Shown: piece after piece, positions 13,482 through 26,720 of the stretch
How positions within the stretch are numbered: position 1 is the stretch's first letter
Layout of the letters: each line of letters begins with the position of its first letter
Translations under genes and position numbers: made by a program
The notes under the pieces: model-generated
What the model saw: the letters and a program-made list of their open reading frames with translations, nothing else
What the model was told of the DNA's origin: nothing
Databases searched by the model: none
NCBI GenBank assembly: GCA_951406725.2
Contig: OX597832.1
Coordinates: 60,078,001-60,142,000 of the forward strand
Length of the DNA: 64,000 bases
Direction: 5' to 3'
Source: Octopus vulgaris
Lineage: Eukaryota

Positions 13482-14261
13482 TGTAACTAATAATAATTTT
13501 ATTTTTATATAAGCTTAAGGCTTATTGCGATCACTGTGTAATGACTAAGGAAAATAGTCTAATGAAGAGGCGTACAAGCCCTCGACAGAAAAAAGAAGGC
13601 CTTCCTATCCTGCGGGGATTGTAAAAACGGCCCCGTATAAAAAAAAAACATTCGCACCGAAAGCATATATATATATATATATGCATACGAACATACACAT
13701 ATACATACATACATACACAGAAAAGAAACAAGGAGAGAAAAAAATTGCGTGTAGGGGCTAACGATCCAACGTATATATTTGTATAGTTGTTTGTTAATTT
13801 TCACTAGAGTATCTAAAACGCTAGTGTTATTTAAAATTTTCGCTTCTGACTACAAAAAACTAGCTACATAAAACGCGAAGTAATTTCTTGTGTAGTTATT
13901 CAGCTTCAACATAGCGCTATATTTTCCTCCGCCTTTGATACTCGAGTGTTACATTCTTCGCCAGCTTTTAAACCTACGTACTTGCACGTACGTATACACA
14001 CATAGTTACCAACATACAACAAGCATTAACATAAAATTATACATATATAAATATAAAAATACAAACTGGAACAAGAACGCAAAACATTTAGAAGACGATA
14101 CAAAAATCATCGACAGGACATTCGAAGCCTTCAATCTTCATTCAAGAACCGGATCATCCTCGCAATTTCGGCTATATATATATATACATACATACATACA
14201 TACATATACATTCATACATTACATATATATATATGCGTATACATATACGTGTGTGTGTGTT

Positions 14262-14635
14262 CTATAAAATGATACAAGGAAGCCAAGGGTGTGTGGAAAT
14301 TTCAGGACATTTATAAAGACAAAGTTAGTCTTACGGCTGTTTCTGGGATATTAGGGATATCCCTTCATCAGAGACAATGCGATATGGTTAAACAGAGGGA
14401 AATAGTAGAGTTCAATATACGGAGTTATTTTAGAAAAAAATGGAAGTAAAATTGAAAATAAAAATATATGTAGGATGTTACAGTTGCAGTTCCATTATCC
14501 AAGGATATTGGTGTGTAGAAGTGGTAGAAATGATTCTTGTCCATGGTATGTAAATTCCAATAGGAGTTCATACTTAGTTATTACAATTGTAATGCTTAAA
14601 TCTATTTGAGATCTATTGTCTTCTATACTGAGAAA

Positions 14636-14640
<5 letters not shown>
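14262..14640 (-). mobile_element. Short non-coding Penelope-like element between microsatellites, carrying a hammerhead motif
   Basis: Unique AT-rich block bounded by (TG)n and (TA)n, containing the motif at 14328-14375. Confidence 0.55.
14328..14375 (-). ncRNA. Minimal type I hammerhead ribozyme-like motif
   Basis: Reverse complement GUCU-CUGAUGA-A-GGGAUAU-CCCUA-AUAUCCC-A-GAAAC-AGCC-GUA-AGAC: 4-bp stem I, perfect 7-bp stem II, 2-bp stem III, GUA cleavage triplet. Confidence 0.72.
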
Positions 14641-14690
<50 letters not shown>

Positions 14691-14932
14691 CACACAGATA
14701 GATGGATACACACACATATATATATACATACATACATACACACACACATACATACATACATAGATACATACATGCATGCATACATACATACATACATACA
14801 TACATACATACATGCATGCATGCATGCATGCATGCATACATACATACATACATACATACATACATACATGCATACACACATACATACATACATACATACA
14901 TACATACATACATGCATGCATGCATACATACA

Positions 14933-14963
<31 letters not shown>

Positions 14964-15226
14964 GCACATGCATACTCATATGCACAGACTCATACACCCG
15001 GCGTTCAAAATTCGCATGCATTATATCACACTATGCAATAATTATGAAAATATTTTCACTAATTAAACGTAAGATATAAAACCCCGGCGGTAAATGCATT
15101 CCTGATGACAGGAAAATAACTACGGAGATGTAATAACGGAGATTCCGATGTCACATTTGACAGCCCGCTCGGCTATGTGTGTATGTACGTGATATATATG
15201 ATGGGTAGATAGATATATACACGCAC

Positions 15227-15271
<45 letters not shown>

Positions 15272-15294
15272 ATAATATACACATACACACAATA

Positions 15295-15342
<48 letters not shown>

Positions 15343-15726
15343 ACAATATAAATATATATATATATGTAACAAGAACGCTATATATGTGCTCCAGCATGGC
15401 CACAAACTTATGGCTGATACATGTTGAAGAATATGTACGTATTTATACATATTTATATACATACATATATATATATATATACACACGTGTCAAAATATGA
15501 GTGCTAGTGTTTCATAAGTACATAAGTATTCATACACACGTACATGCATACATACATATATATATATATATGTATATATATAAATGTGTGTGTATGTATG
15601 TATTTGGTCTCATAATGGATGTATATATATGTAAATTACAAGTATTTAGAGGTGTATATATTTTACAATACATGTATATAGGTTTATACATGTGTGTGTA
15701 TATGTGTGCGTTTGGATGTGTGTGTG

Positions 15727-15782
<56 letters not shown>

Positions 15783-16330
15783 TTATTTCCGTGCAGGTGT
15801 CATTATGAGGTCAGCTGGTCAGATGCGAAAAATAAATCCTGCTATTTATTCCAATTATTCCTGTATGCAAATACCAATTCTTCTACCAACCGGACTACAG
15901 CTTAAACTTTATCACCATGGTAACCATCCACACTTCAACGACCACTCTCACCACCAACACCGCTACCACGTGCAGCTCCATCAACACTAACACTACACGC
16001 CATTTGTGATCCACGCACTTCCTTGTTTTGCGGATAAACAGACCCCAGAAGCTCGCTCTCAAAATGCCTTTATCTTTTTATTTCTGTTTTCTATTAATAT
16101 TGTAACTCGGAAATCGATATCAGTTTTTCTCGCATTTGATATCCAAGCATATCTCATAGTGACATTTATTTCTTTAGGATATCATCATTACTCTGTGTTT
16201 TTTGGTCGCCATGTTTTTTCCTTGTGTTATTCCTTGGATCGATTTTTTATAACATTCTATTTCGCACATTTATTTTCATGTATGTTTGTATGTTTGTACA
16301 TACTTTATATATATATGTGTGTGTGTGTGT

Positions 16331-16380
<50 letters not shown>

Positions 16381-16576
16381 TGTGTGCATGTGTGCGTGTG
16401 TATGTATATATGGATGGATGGATGTATATTTCTTGATGTCTTTTATTACTTTGTGTGTGTATATAGATATATACATATATATATATACATGTATATGTAT
16501 GTATATATATGTGTGTGTGTACGTGTGTATGTGTGTACGTATATATATGTATATGTATGTATACATATATGTATAG

Positions 16577-16756
<180 letters not shown>

Positions 16757-16977
16757 ATAGATGGCTATTTGCTTCATGTCATGATTGCTTACAGTTTACT
16801 TATTTTTTCTTGGGATTATTTTGAAATTGTTTTCCTGACGTTTCTGATTATTGTCATCATCATCATCGTCATCATCATCATCATCATCATCGCTACCAAC
16901 AACACCACGTCCAACAACATCACCATCACCACCGCCACCAACTCCCTTCTCATTGCAATTATTATTATTATTATTAA

Positions 16978-17040
<63 letters not shown>

Positions 17041-17435
17041 CATTATTATCATCATTATTATTACTGTTATTGTTACTGTTGTTGTTGTTGCTGCTGTTGT
17101 TGCTTTTGACTGATGATTTACCTCATGATAGGGAACACTGATATACTTATATATATGCATGCATGTATGTATATATATATTTATTGATATATACATATAT
17201 ATATAAACATGCACATATATATGTGTATGTATATAATATATGTATAAAAATATATATGTATATATGTATGTATATATATACATATATACGCAGGCACACA
17301 CCTACCCACCCACCCACACACACACACACACATACACACACACACACACATATATATATACATACACACCACACCTATCAATATATATCATTATTTAATG
17401 ACAGAAATGTGACATGACCAATTTCCTTAAGAATA

Positions 17436-17533
<98 letters not shown>

Positions 17534-17546
17534 CGATAGATAGTTT

Positions 17547-17577
<31 letters not shown>

Positions 17578-17602
17578 GGACAGACATAGATAGATACATA
17601 CA

Positions 17603-17638
<36 letters not shown>

Positions 17639-18369
17639 CACGTACACACACACCTACTCATTGATGTATATATGTGCGCACGCATACAGGTGCGCACACA
17701 AATGTGTATGTATGTAGTTATGTGTGCGTTGTTTGTATTTGCAGTTTTTATACACATAAATACACATATATAATGATATATTATGCATAATATATAAATA
17801 TATTTATTTATATACGCATGTGTAGATGTGCGTGCTTAAGTGTTTGTTTGTCCGTGTGTACGTGTGTACGTGTGTGTATGTGCGTGTGTGAGTGTGTATG
17901 TGTGTGTTTGTACTCAAGTTCCTGTAACCATATTTCTCTTTTTGTGTTTACATAAACTGGATATAATTCTCCAATATTTTTTATATAAATTTTCGTATTT
18001 CTCTTTGTCTCTTCCTCTTCCTCCCTCTCTCTCTCTCTCTCCTTCACCCTCTCTGTCTCTGTTTCTCTCTCTCTCTCTCTTCCTATTTTGTTTAGGCCTC
18101 CCTCATAGAATCAGGTTTTCTTTCGTTTCGACCTCTCCCGTCCCTGTTTTCACATGTTCTCTCTTTCACAGATTTATAACCAACCAGCTCTACACTTCAT
18201 TCCCTTTTATTTCTTTTCGTTTTTTCTATTTTGTATTTTCCTTCAAACATTTTCCCTACATTCATTCCTAAATTTCGCTTGACATTTTTATGCCTTCATT
18301 TTTTTTCCATTTGCTTTTAATAATTTCTAATGACAACTCTACCGTTATAAAATATTTACGAATACTTTT

Positions 18370-18444
<75 letters not shown>

Positions 18445-18793
18445 CCACCACCATCATCGTCATCATCATCATTTTACTGCTGACCTGTTAAGACGGGTTT
18501 TAAAATCTCTCCTTATTTTGCTGTATTTTCATGGAATTTCAAGAAAATATTTTATTTTTTAATTCGTGTTTCATTGCAGGATTCCTCGAAGAATTTGGAA
18601 ATCTGTACAAAAATGGTTCACACAAACAATAGAGTTTGTTTTTAGTCAAATTTTACTTTTTTTTCTTCTGTTTTGTTTTTTTCTTACGTGTTTGTAATTT
18701 TGAAATTTCAAAGTATCACACGCAGAAAGCAGAGAAAAAAAAACAGAAAAAAATTGACAAGAATGCCATCGTTACGACCACCACCACCACTGC

Positions 18794-18828
<35 letters not shown>

Positions 18829-18888
18829 CTATTACCACCATCATCACTGTTGTAGAAGCTAGTAGTGATAGCACATACGCCAACTGGT

Positions 18889-19201
18889 ACTCCGTCGGTT
18901 ATGGCGATGTGAGTTCCTGTTGATCGATCAACGGAACACCTCGTACGTGAAATTAACGTGTACGTGACTGAGAACTCCACGGACATGCGTAACCATAAGG
19001 TAGTTCTCAGGGAGATTTAGCGTGACGTAGAATATGACAAGGCTGGACCTTTGAAATACGGGTAAAACACTCTTTTATTAGCTGAGTAGAACAACGTGAA
19101 ATAAAGTGTCTTGCTCAAGGACATAACGCGCCGCCGGGAATCGAACTAACGACTTTAAGATCGTGAGCTCACTACCCAAACCACTTAGCCACGCACCTTC
19201 A
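18889..19201 (-). mobile_element. SINE head D + tail E
   Basis: Plus strand GATCAACGGAAC..CGTGAAATTAACGTG..GTTCTCAGGGAGATT..GTGTCTTGCTCAAGG..GGGAATCGAACT..AGCCACGCACCTTC. Confidence 0.85.
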
Positions 19202-22140
19202 CCCTACAACGACAAGACCATCTTCGTCGTTTTTTTTATCCTCTTTTCGACGCTTAAATGTTTCACCCGCAATTCGTTAAGGCAGATTTTCTGCAGCTAG
19301 ATGCCATTCCTGTCACGAACTCCCACCTGCTTTAATGCAAGGTACATATCTAGTATAAATCTTTCGATGATGATCTCCACGACACATGGAAAAGACCACA
19401 AGACGAACAATAATGATTTCACACTGAGCTCTGTCGGTCAAAACTGGATGCATAGAAATGACTGCATTTGTTCAAACAGAGTGGATATAGGTATCATCAC
19501 TTGGGCCCGACAATTCGGCACCTTCAAAATGCACTTACTTAACATGGCACTCGCAATAAAGTATGACTCTCTCTCGGTAGGCATGATGAATTTGTCCTAA
19601 TTCCTACTTTCGTGGAAGGATGAATAGAGGTGACAATCTGGTGGGTTGTAGCATGCGTTGTCCAAGAGGAGAGGGGAAATGTGTGAATTGTGTGTTTGTC
19701 ATTTGCTTTTGTGTACGCATAAATACACAAATAATGATATATTATGTATAATGTATGTGTGTGTATGCATGTATATGTATATATATGCATGTTTGCTTGT
19801 GTGTGTGAGTGTCTGTGTACATATCTGTGGGTGTGCATCTGTGTGTGTTTATGTCTGTGTGTACGTCTGTGTATGTGTATGTGTTTGTATATGTGTGTGC
19901 ATGTGTGTTGCAGTACGTGTGCCCATTTTTCTGTTTTTGCGTTTGCACAAACTCTGGATATAATTCTTCAATATGTTTTATATTTTTGTGTTCTTCTTTG
20001 TCTGTGTGTGTGTGTGTGTGTGTGTCTCTCTCTCTCCCCTCTCTCTCTCTCTCCCCTCTCTCTCTCTCTCTCTCTCTGGGAGGGCAAACATGTCGGATAG
20101 CGCGGACAATGCAGTCGTTGTCGTCATTCGTTGTTAAGGTGTAGAGTTCAGATTCGGAGTGTCAGTGGGAATACAAGTTCATGTGTGGCCTATGGCCACA
20201 TGCACGCACACACTTTATGGATAGTGTGATCCATAGCAGCTCATCTTGCCGTCAATTATCGACTGTTGTAGAGGATTCGGTGACCAAATCATTGCCGATT
20301 ATCGGAGCAGATTTAGCCTGAGTTTGAAGCGGATATTACACGTGCTAGTTAATCCATATCTAGTACTCTAACAGGTGCTCCTACTCCGAGTAGCAGAGTA
20401 AGCCTAAGAACAATAGTTGATAGGAGATGGTTTCACACTCCTGAAAACCCTGGAACTCCCGTACCAAGGCCCCACTACCGGATTCAGTTTAAAGTCTTAC
20501 TTATGTTATAGGCTATTGTCAAGAACAAAAAGGATTCGTCTTCAAAAGGATGATATTAAAATCGTATTTGAAATATAATTTACAAATTGCGCCTATGCTA
20601 ATTTATTTTCCTGTTTCTAGTTTGTAATCTTGCTGGATGTTTATTGGTGGTTAAGATTATAAATATCAAAACTTTTGAATAGCCACAAATAAATGGATTT
20701 CTCTCATTATCCATATAAAATCATGAAGCTTATTCTGATTTCGATTACGGCTAATCTTCGGTTCTCCCCAATTTTTTTTTTTTTTTTTAGCCAATATGCA
20801 TCTTTTTATATTTCATTCAGTTAATGTGAGACCTCAACTCAGCACTTGATTTGAGTTCTGTCATTGTGGAATTGTCAACGACGAAAACCAATGGTTGAGC
20901 TAATTTAGAAGCATCTCTGCGGTTGCTTGAACATCTAGAAATAGCAGCCAAATCTACCTCAAATTACACCCGACTGTCTAAGAACATTTTGACAAATATA
21001 GTCAGATGCAGTATTCCAAAAATAAAAGGCACTGGGATCACGGCCGGAGAGACTTGGATTAATAATATGTTTGCTTAATCAGAGCTGACCTGGGGCCATA
21101 AACAATCATAACAGTGTAACATCCGCTTCAGCAGCAAAGAACAAAGAACCTTTTTATAGCAGCAAGCAATACGATATAGCCATTTCTCTGAATACAACCG
21201 TAGCAGTATCTTGCATTATGAAATGGCGCTAAATGGGTTCTAGTTATGTTCCACAAAGATGGATGGGTTTTGACAGGTTTAACGTAGGTAAGGTGATGTC
21301 GTCGAAGATGCTCTTGCGATAACATTAATTGTAGAGTTACAGTTAATCTGCAAAAATTCTCTGCTACCCAAGTCGTATCGTTTCATATTACCTACAATGG
21401 CGCATCATCAAAACAGACGCTTCATAAAAATGATAAAGAACAATGGCTACGCTAACAAAAGAACGTAAGGCATGCAACTAGATACACTGCAATATCTAAT
21501 CCATTACTGAACTGTCTCACGAATCTTTATTACCGTTACATTAAACATAGGCGCAGGCACGGCTGTGCGGTAAGAAGTTTAGTTTCCAACGACACGGTTT
21601 CGGGATCAGTCTCTCGTACCTGCCAAGTTTATTAGAACATAGCATTAATCATTAATGCTGTCGTTCCTTCACCACGTATATATGTGTGTGTGTGTATGTA
21701 TATATATCTATGCATATATATATATATATACATAATTAGATTTATAATGCTCATTACATTCAATATATTAACAATAATATGACTATTGTTTTTCGAAACA
21801 TGTTTGTAATTAATCTTAGCGATTATTCGTAGCAATTTACTGTTTTGAATATTTGAATATGCTAATGTTTCACCTGTATACATTGAGAATATTATATATT
21901 TACTCAGTAATTTTCTCATCATTACTTCCGAAATCAGCACTACTAGGATAAGAACGGGGGAGTGTATCTATCTTTGGCAGAAAAAGTTTAGTAACACCGA
22001 AATATGTCTGAAGTTGTCTGTTTTTCTTACAGAAAGGACTACAATTTAACACTGAATTTGTGAATTTGTTTTCTCTTCACCACAAAAACATTTGTAATTT
22101 GATTTGCGATGATCACTGTATTGAATTGTTAACGCTTAAC

Positions 22141-22587
22141 GGATCATTTCGGTTTGAACGGCAGTTTCTAACATAATTTCTAGGTAACTAAAAAAATTTA
22201 AACTTCGTATAGTGGTAGAATGTGTTTATAAAACATCTTTTTATCTTGGCTTTATTGAGAAAATTCTATAGTTTGTAAGATATTTGTAGTTGTTTTTTCT
22301 TCAATTTCTGCAATTTCAACCAATCACTGACATCCATTGAGGTAAAAAAAAACATTCTGTGCCGTATTAATATGTCCCTCGTTTAAGAAACAGATTGAGT
22401 TTATTTACATTTGTGAAGAAAAAAGATACCCTTCCCCCACCCCTAACCCTAACCCTAACTCTAACCCTAACTAACCCTAACCCTAAAGCAGATTGAAATG
22501 CAATAGATCGATACTAGGATCATAATTATGGGTGACAATTTCATATGACACCGCTAGAAAAAACTGCCGTTCAAACCGAAAAGATCC
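22141..22587. mobile_element. Complete non-autonomous DNA transposon (MITE), Merlin-like, with internal (TAACCC)n
   Basis: TIRs GGATCATTTCGGTTTGAACGGCAGTTT and reverse-complement GGATCTTTTCGGTTTGAACGGCAGTTT; perfect 8-bp TSD CGCTTAAC (22133-40, 22588-95); about 7 telomere-like units at 22441-22486. The superfamily is inferred from GG termini plus 8-bp TSD. Confidence 0.9.
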
Positions 22588-22807
22588 CGCTTAACTTAAC
22601 AGTTGAACGGGTGTCAGTTGTATATTGATGGCAATTCAGATGCCCATGCCTCACGAAGTGCCATAGTAATGTAAGAGTTCAATATTATAACTTTGGATTT
22701 ACATTCGACCTCACAATTGTAAGGGAGAGTCATGTATGGATTCATCATTTTATTCTAATATTCTTGTTGTTTTCTCTTTGATCTATCATATCCAAGCAAA
22801 ACACTGG

Positions 22808-23116
22808 CATTTCGTCGGTTACGCCGACGAGGGTTCCAGCTGATCCGATTAGTGGAACATTCTGCTCGTGAAATTAATGTATAAATAGCTGTACACTCTA
22901 CAGACACCCGTATCCTTAATGTAGCTCTCGGGGGATTTCGTGTGACATAGAATGTCACAAAGCTGGACCAATTTTGAAATACAGGTACAACTCCTTTTTC
23001 CCAGCTGAGTAACGAATAAAATGTCTGATTCGAGCACAGTACGCCGCCAAGTATCGAACTAACGACATAACGATCGTGAGCCGATATATCCTGACCACTA
23101 AGCCACGCGCTTTCAC
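22808..23116 (-). mobile_element. SINE head D + tail E
   Basis: Homologous to 18889-19201. Confidence 0.85.
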
Positions 23117-24422
23117 TCACCAGAGCTATGATCAAAGCCGTTCCAACCGTCTGCAGTCCATATTTCTGTATATCTATATCATTATCGGTATTCCAGAGCA
23201 TCCTTAGTTAAGATAAACCGAAGAACTAAAACAACTTAACCTCAATTACTGCACCCTTTCTCTCTTAGAGATGCTTCTTTTAAGGAATTTAAGGAGACTG
23301 CTACTATTTCTAGTAGAACAAGTGACCATGTACATGTTCTCCTATTGGCTCAATATTCTTTTAATAATGCTGGCCGGTCAACGTAAAGGCCATTGCGTTC
23401 ATTGTGATGATTCTAGAGAAAAGAAAAGAACTCTTAATGTTTGCGATTAGAGCGAAAATATCTTTGGTTCCAATTAGATCTTCTACTGGTGAACTCCCGC
23501 AGAATCACCATTAAATAGAAAGAATTGGTTCAAGCACTCCTTACATCGATACATTAATGAATAAGTCCCGATATGTTAGATATCGTTTCCGATGTTCTTA
23601 AGTAGACAGAGCAATATATTCTCTCGTGTTTTGTCGTCCATAAAAGATGTAGAGACATTCAGAGAAAGAAAGACAAGACAGGGAGGAAAAGGAAGATTAA
23701 AAAAAAAAGTGTGCGTCATGAAAGGGGTTAAGAAGATGGATGTGGAGGGGTAAGTGTGGGGGAATAAATAGAGTGAAGACTAGAGAAAGAGTGAGAACGA
23801 GAAAGAACGATATAGACACAGAGAGAAAGGAACAAAGAAGATAGAGAAAGAGTGAGAGAAACAATGCTGAGTAAAGAGAGAGAGAGAGACAGAAACAAAG
23901 TAGTGGAATAAATATGATAGATATACAGCTGGGTAAAGAAGCTGTGAAACAGAGAGAAACAGACGAAGAGATAAAGAGTGAGGGGTATAGAGTTGGTAGA
24001 GAGATAGAGGGGGAAAGAAAAACAAAGAGAATGATCGAAGACAGAGAAAAGTGAGAGAGAGAAAGAGCTGGGTAAAGAAATAGAGAGAGAGGAGGAGGGG
24101 AGATGGGAGGAGGGACAGAGAGGGGGGGCAGACAGATAGATGGTGAGGAAGAGAAAGAGTGAGAGATGCACAGCTAAATAAAGTTGAAAGAGACGGGTGG
24201 ATGAACGACGTTATGAAAAGGTTAATGAGAGTAAAGTAAAGATATGATAATTAGGAAGATGTAAGAGACAGGAAGCGGGAAACAACAGAAGATACAGGAT
24301 CAGAAGGATGAAGAGAGTCCAAAATACGGACAGAAAGAAAAATACAGGAAAAAGAAAATGGCTTAAGAGCAGTTAATATTACTCCAGTAAGTCTTTAGAT
24401 TGAGCATATATGCATACATACG

Positions 24423-24825
24423 TAAAGGGTAAAGACCCCCTTCGGTCATGAATGACCATGGGATTGCACCTAGAAAGTTACCCTCCTAGACACAAGTCCG
24501 GGCAAGGTTGTTTATGGAAGGATAGCAGTCGCCCATGCATACCAGCCTCCCCTCTCCACGCCACCAGTGTTATCCAAGGGAAAGACAAAGGTCGATACAG
24601 CTTGGCACCTGTGACGTCGCAACTCATTTCTACAGCTGAGTGAACTGGAGCAACGTGAAATAAAGTGCCTTTGCTCGAGAACACAACACGCAGCCCGGTC
24701 CGGGATTCGAGCTCACAACCTCACGATCGTAAGCTCGACGCTCTAACCACTGAGCCATGCGCCTTCACCACTGAGCCATGCGCCTTCACCCACTGAGCCA
24801 TGCGCCTTCACACTGAGCCATGCAC
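24423..24825 (-). mobile_element. SINE head D + tail F, with its 5' ~21 bp present 4 times in tandem
   Basis: Full element 24423-24767; CACTGAGCCATGCGCCTTCA repeated to ~24825. Confidence 0.92.
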
Positions 24826-24949
24826 ACGTACATACATACATACATACATACATACATACATACATACATACATACATACATACATGCGCACATACATATA
24901 TATATGACGTACATACATACGTACATACGTACATACATATATACATACA

Positions 24950-25058
24950 AAAATACCCTGTTGATGATGTTAAAATTCCAATGAATGAACCTTCGATCTA
25001 GGTTAGAAACCGGTTCTTTGTCTATTGGCAAGAAATCTTGAAATACACTGAATAATGA
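24950..25058 (+). mobile_element. Short dispersed element in (TACA)n with a degenerate hammerhead-like motif (paralog at 63020-63128)
   Basis: AACCT-TCGATCT-AGGTT-A-GAAACCGGTTC..CTATTGGCAAGAAATCTTGAAATA shared with 63057-63125. Confidence 0.6.
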
Positions 25059-25296
25059 TATACATACATAATTCATACATTCATACATGCATACCTACAT
25101 ACATAAATACATACATGATGCGTGCATGCATACATACATACATACATGCACACATACATGCATACATACATGCATATATACATTCATACATGCATACATG
25201 CATACATATATATATACACACATGCATGCATACATACATAAACACATACATACATACATACATACATACATACATACATACATACATACATACATA

Positions 25297-25930
25297 CATC
25301 AGGCGAATCCAAAACAAAAACATGAACGAAAAACAAGTCAAATAGGCGTAAATTGTGACTATATTAGATTGACGCTCAGTGAAAGTGTTAGATAGAAGTG
25401 GAAATAAGGTTTCGAACCTGGCTCTTCGTCGGAAAGAGGAAAAAGTCCAAACAAGAGGAAAAGGAGGAAGGAGCAGATTGTCCGAAAAAAAAAAAAAAAC
25501 ACGTGTGTCGTTAAACGGCTGAAGAATAATTGACCGGAAGTTGGAAAGATATAGAGAACGTGGTTTTGATGGCGGGAGAGCGCAAAAATGGCTATAGTGA
25601 GTGTGCATGGGGGATATTTGTGTATGCGTGTGTAAATGTTTCTTATGTGCTTGCGTATGTGTGTATGTGTGTGTGTGCAGGAAGTGCTTAGTGAGATAGT
25701 AGTATATATGTGCGGGTGTGTTCGTGGTCGTGCGAGTGATGTGTACGTGATTGAGTCAATGCAAGAGGTTAGCAGCAGTTGTAAGATTAGCATTAGACAT
25801 GCGTGGGGGTTCAGAAACCAAGTGATGTGTGTGCGTGGATGTCACTGTATGGCTGTGCGTATTATGTGTTAGTGTAAGCGAGGATTAGTATGTGTGACTG
25901 TGCGGAGTGTATATGAGTGCAAAGGTTTTA
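25297..25930 (-). mobile_element. Penelope-like non-autonomous element with degenerate hammerhead
   Basis: Reverse complement of 25401-36: CCGACGA-A-GAGC-CAG-GUUC-GAAAC-CUUA; same family motif as 34549-83 and 1667-95; abuts (TACA)n. Boundaries approximate. Confidence 0.5.
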
Positions 25931-26042
25931 TTTATGTGGAGGAAGAGGCGAGTTAGCGTCACAAAAACTTTATGAATTTCGAGAGAATGTGAAATGATTC
26001 ATTTTGCGGGGATACTGGCACTCGAAACACATCATATACGGC

Positions 26043-26105
<63 letters not shown>

Positions 26106-26417
26106 TGGTGTTTGGTTCACGTGAGTACTTCGTTATGCTGACAAGCGCCTGACAGCTTCGTCATGTCACAATACACCTTTCTATCTACTGTTAGACTGAA
26201 CGATGCATTTAACTGTTTCTTCGAGATCGCTGTTGCTTCATATCATAGAACTATTTTTATCCTTTGCTTCCTGGTAGTTTCTGGTAGAATATTTTTTGGT
26301 AGATTGCCACTAGCAACTACGTTTCGAGCACAATTTTGATTTTCGAGTTCATCGACCCGTTCTGATAGATGTTGTTGTTGTTGTTGTTGTTGCTGTCGTC
26401 GTCGTCGTCGTCGTTGC

Positions 26418-26448
<31 letters not shown>

Positions 26449-26462
26449 AGTATTATTATTAG

Positions 26463-26656
26463 GGCAGTGAGCTGGCAGTGTATTTGGCACTCTGGACGAA
26501 ATGCAGCCTTTCGTCCGCCTTTACGTTCTGAGTTCAAATTCCACCGAGGTCGACATCGCCTTTCATCCTTCCGGGGTTTGATAAATTAAGTACCAGTGAA
26601 ACACCGGTGTAATCGATGTAATCGACCAGTCCGCTCCCGGCCTCCAGTAGAAAGAA
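26463..26656 (+). mobile_element. SINE A, short-tail variant, followed by (ATT)n
   Basis: GAGCTGGCAG..GAGTTCAAATTCCACCGAGGTCGAC..CTTTCATCCTTCCGGGG..AAGTACCAG. Confidence 0.85.
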
Positions 26657-26669
26657 TTATTATTATTAC

Positions 26670-26720
<51 letters not shown>

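Noticed and set aside
16048-16068. GAAGCTCG seed resembling miR-993; also looked for other conserved miRNAs
   Set aside because: Only ~8 nt match and no hairpin; no conserved mature miRNA sequence was recognised by eye.
22441-22486. Telomere or chromosome-fusion scar
   Set aside because: Short, single orientation, and internal to a MITE with TIRs and TSD.
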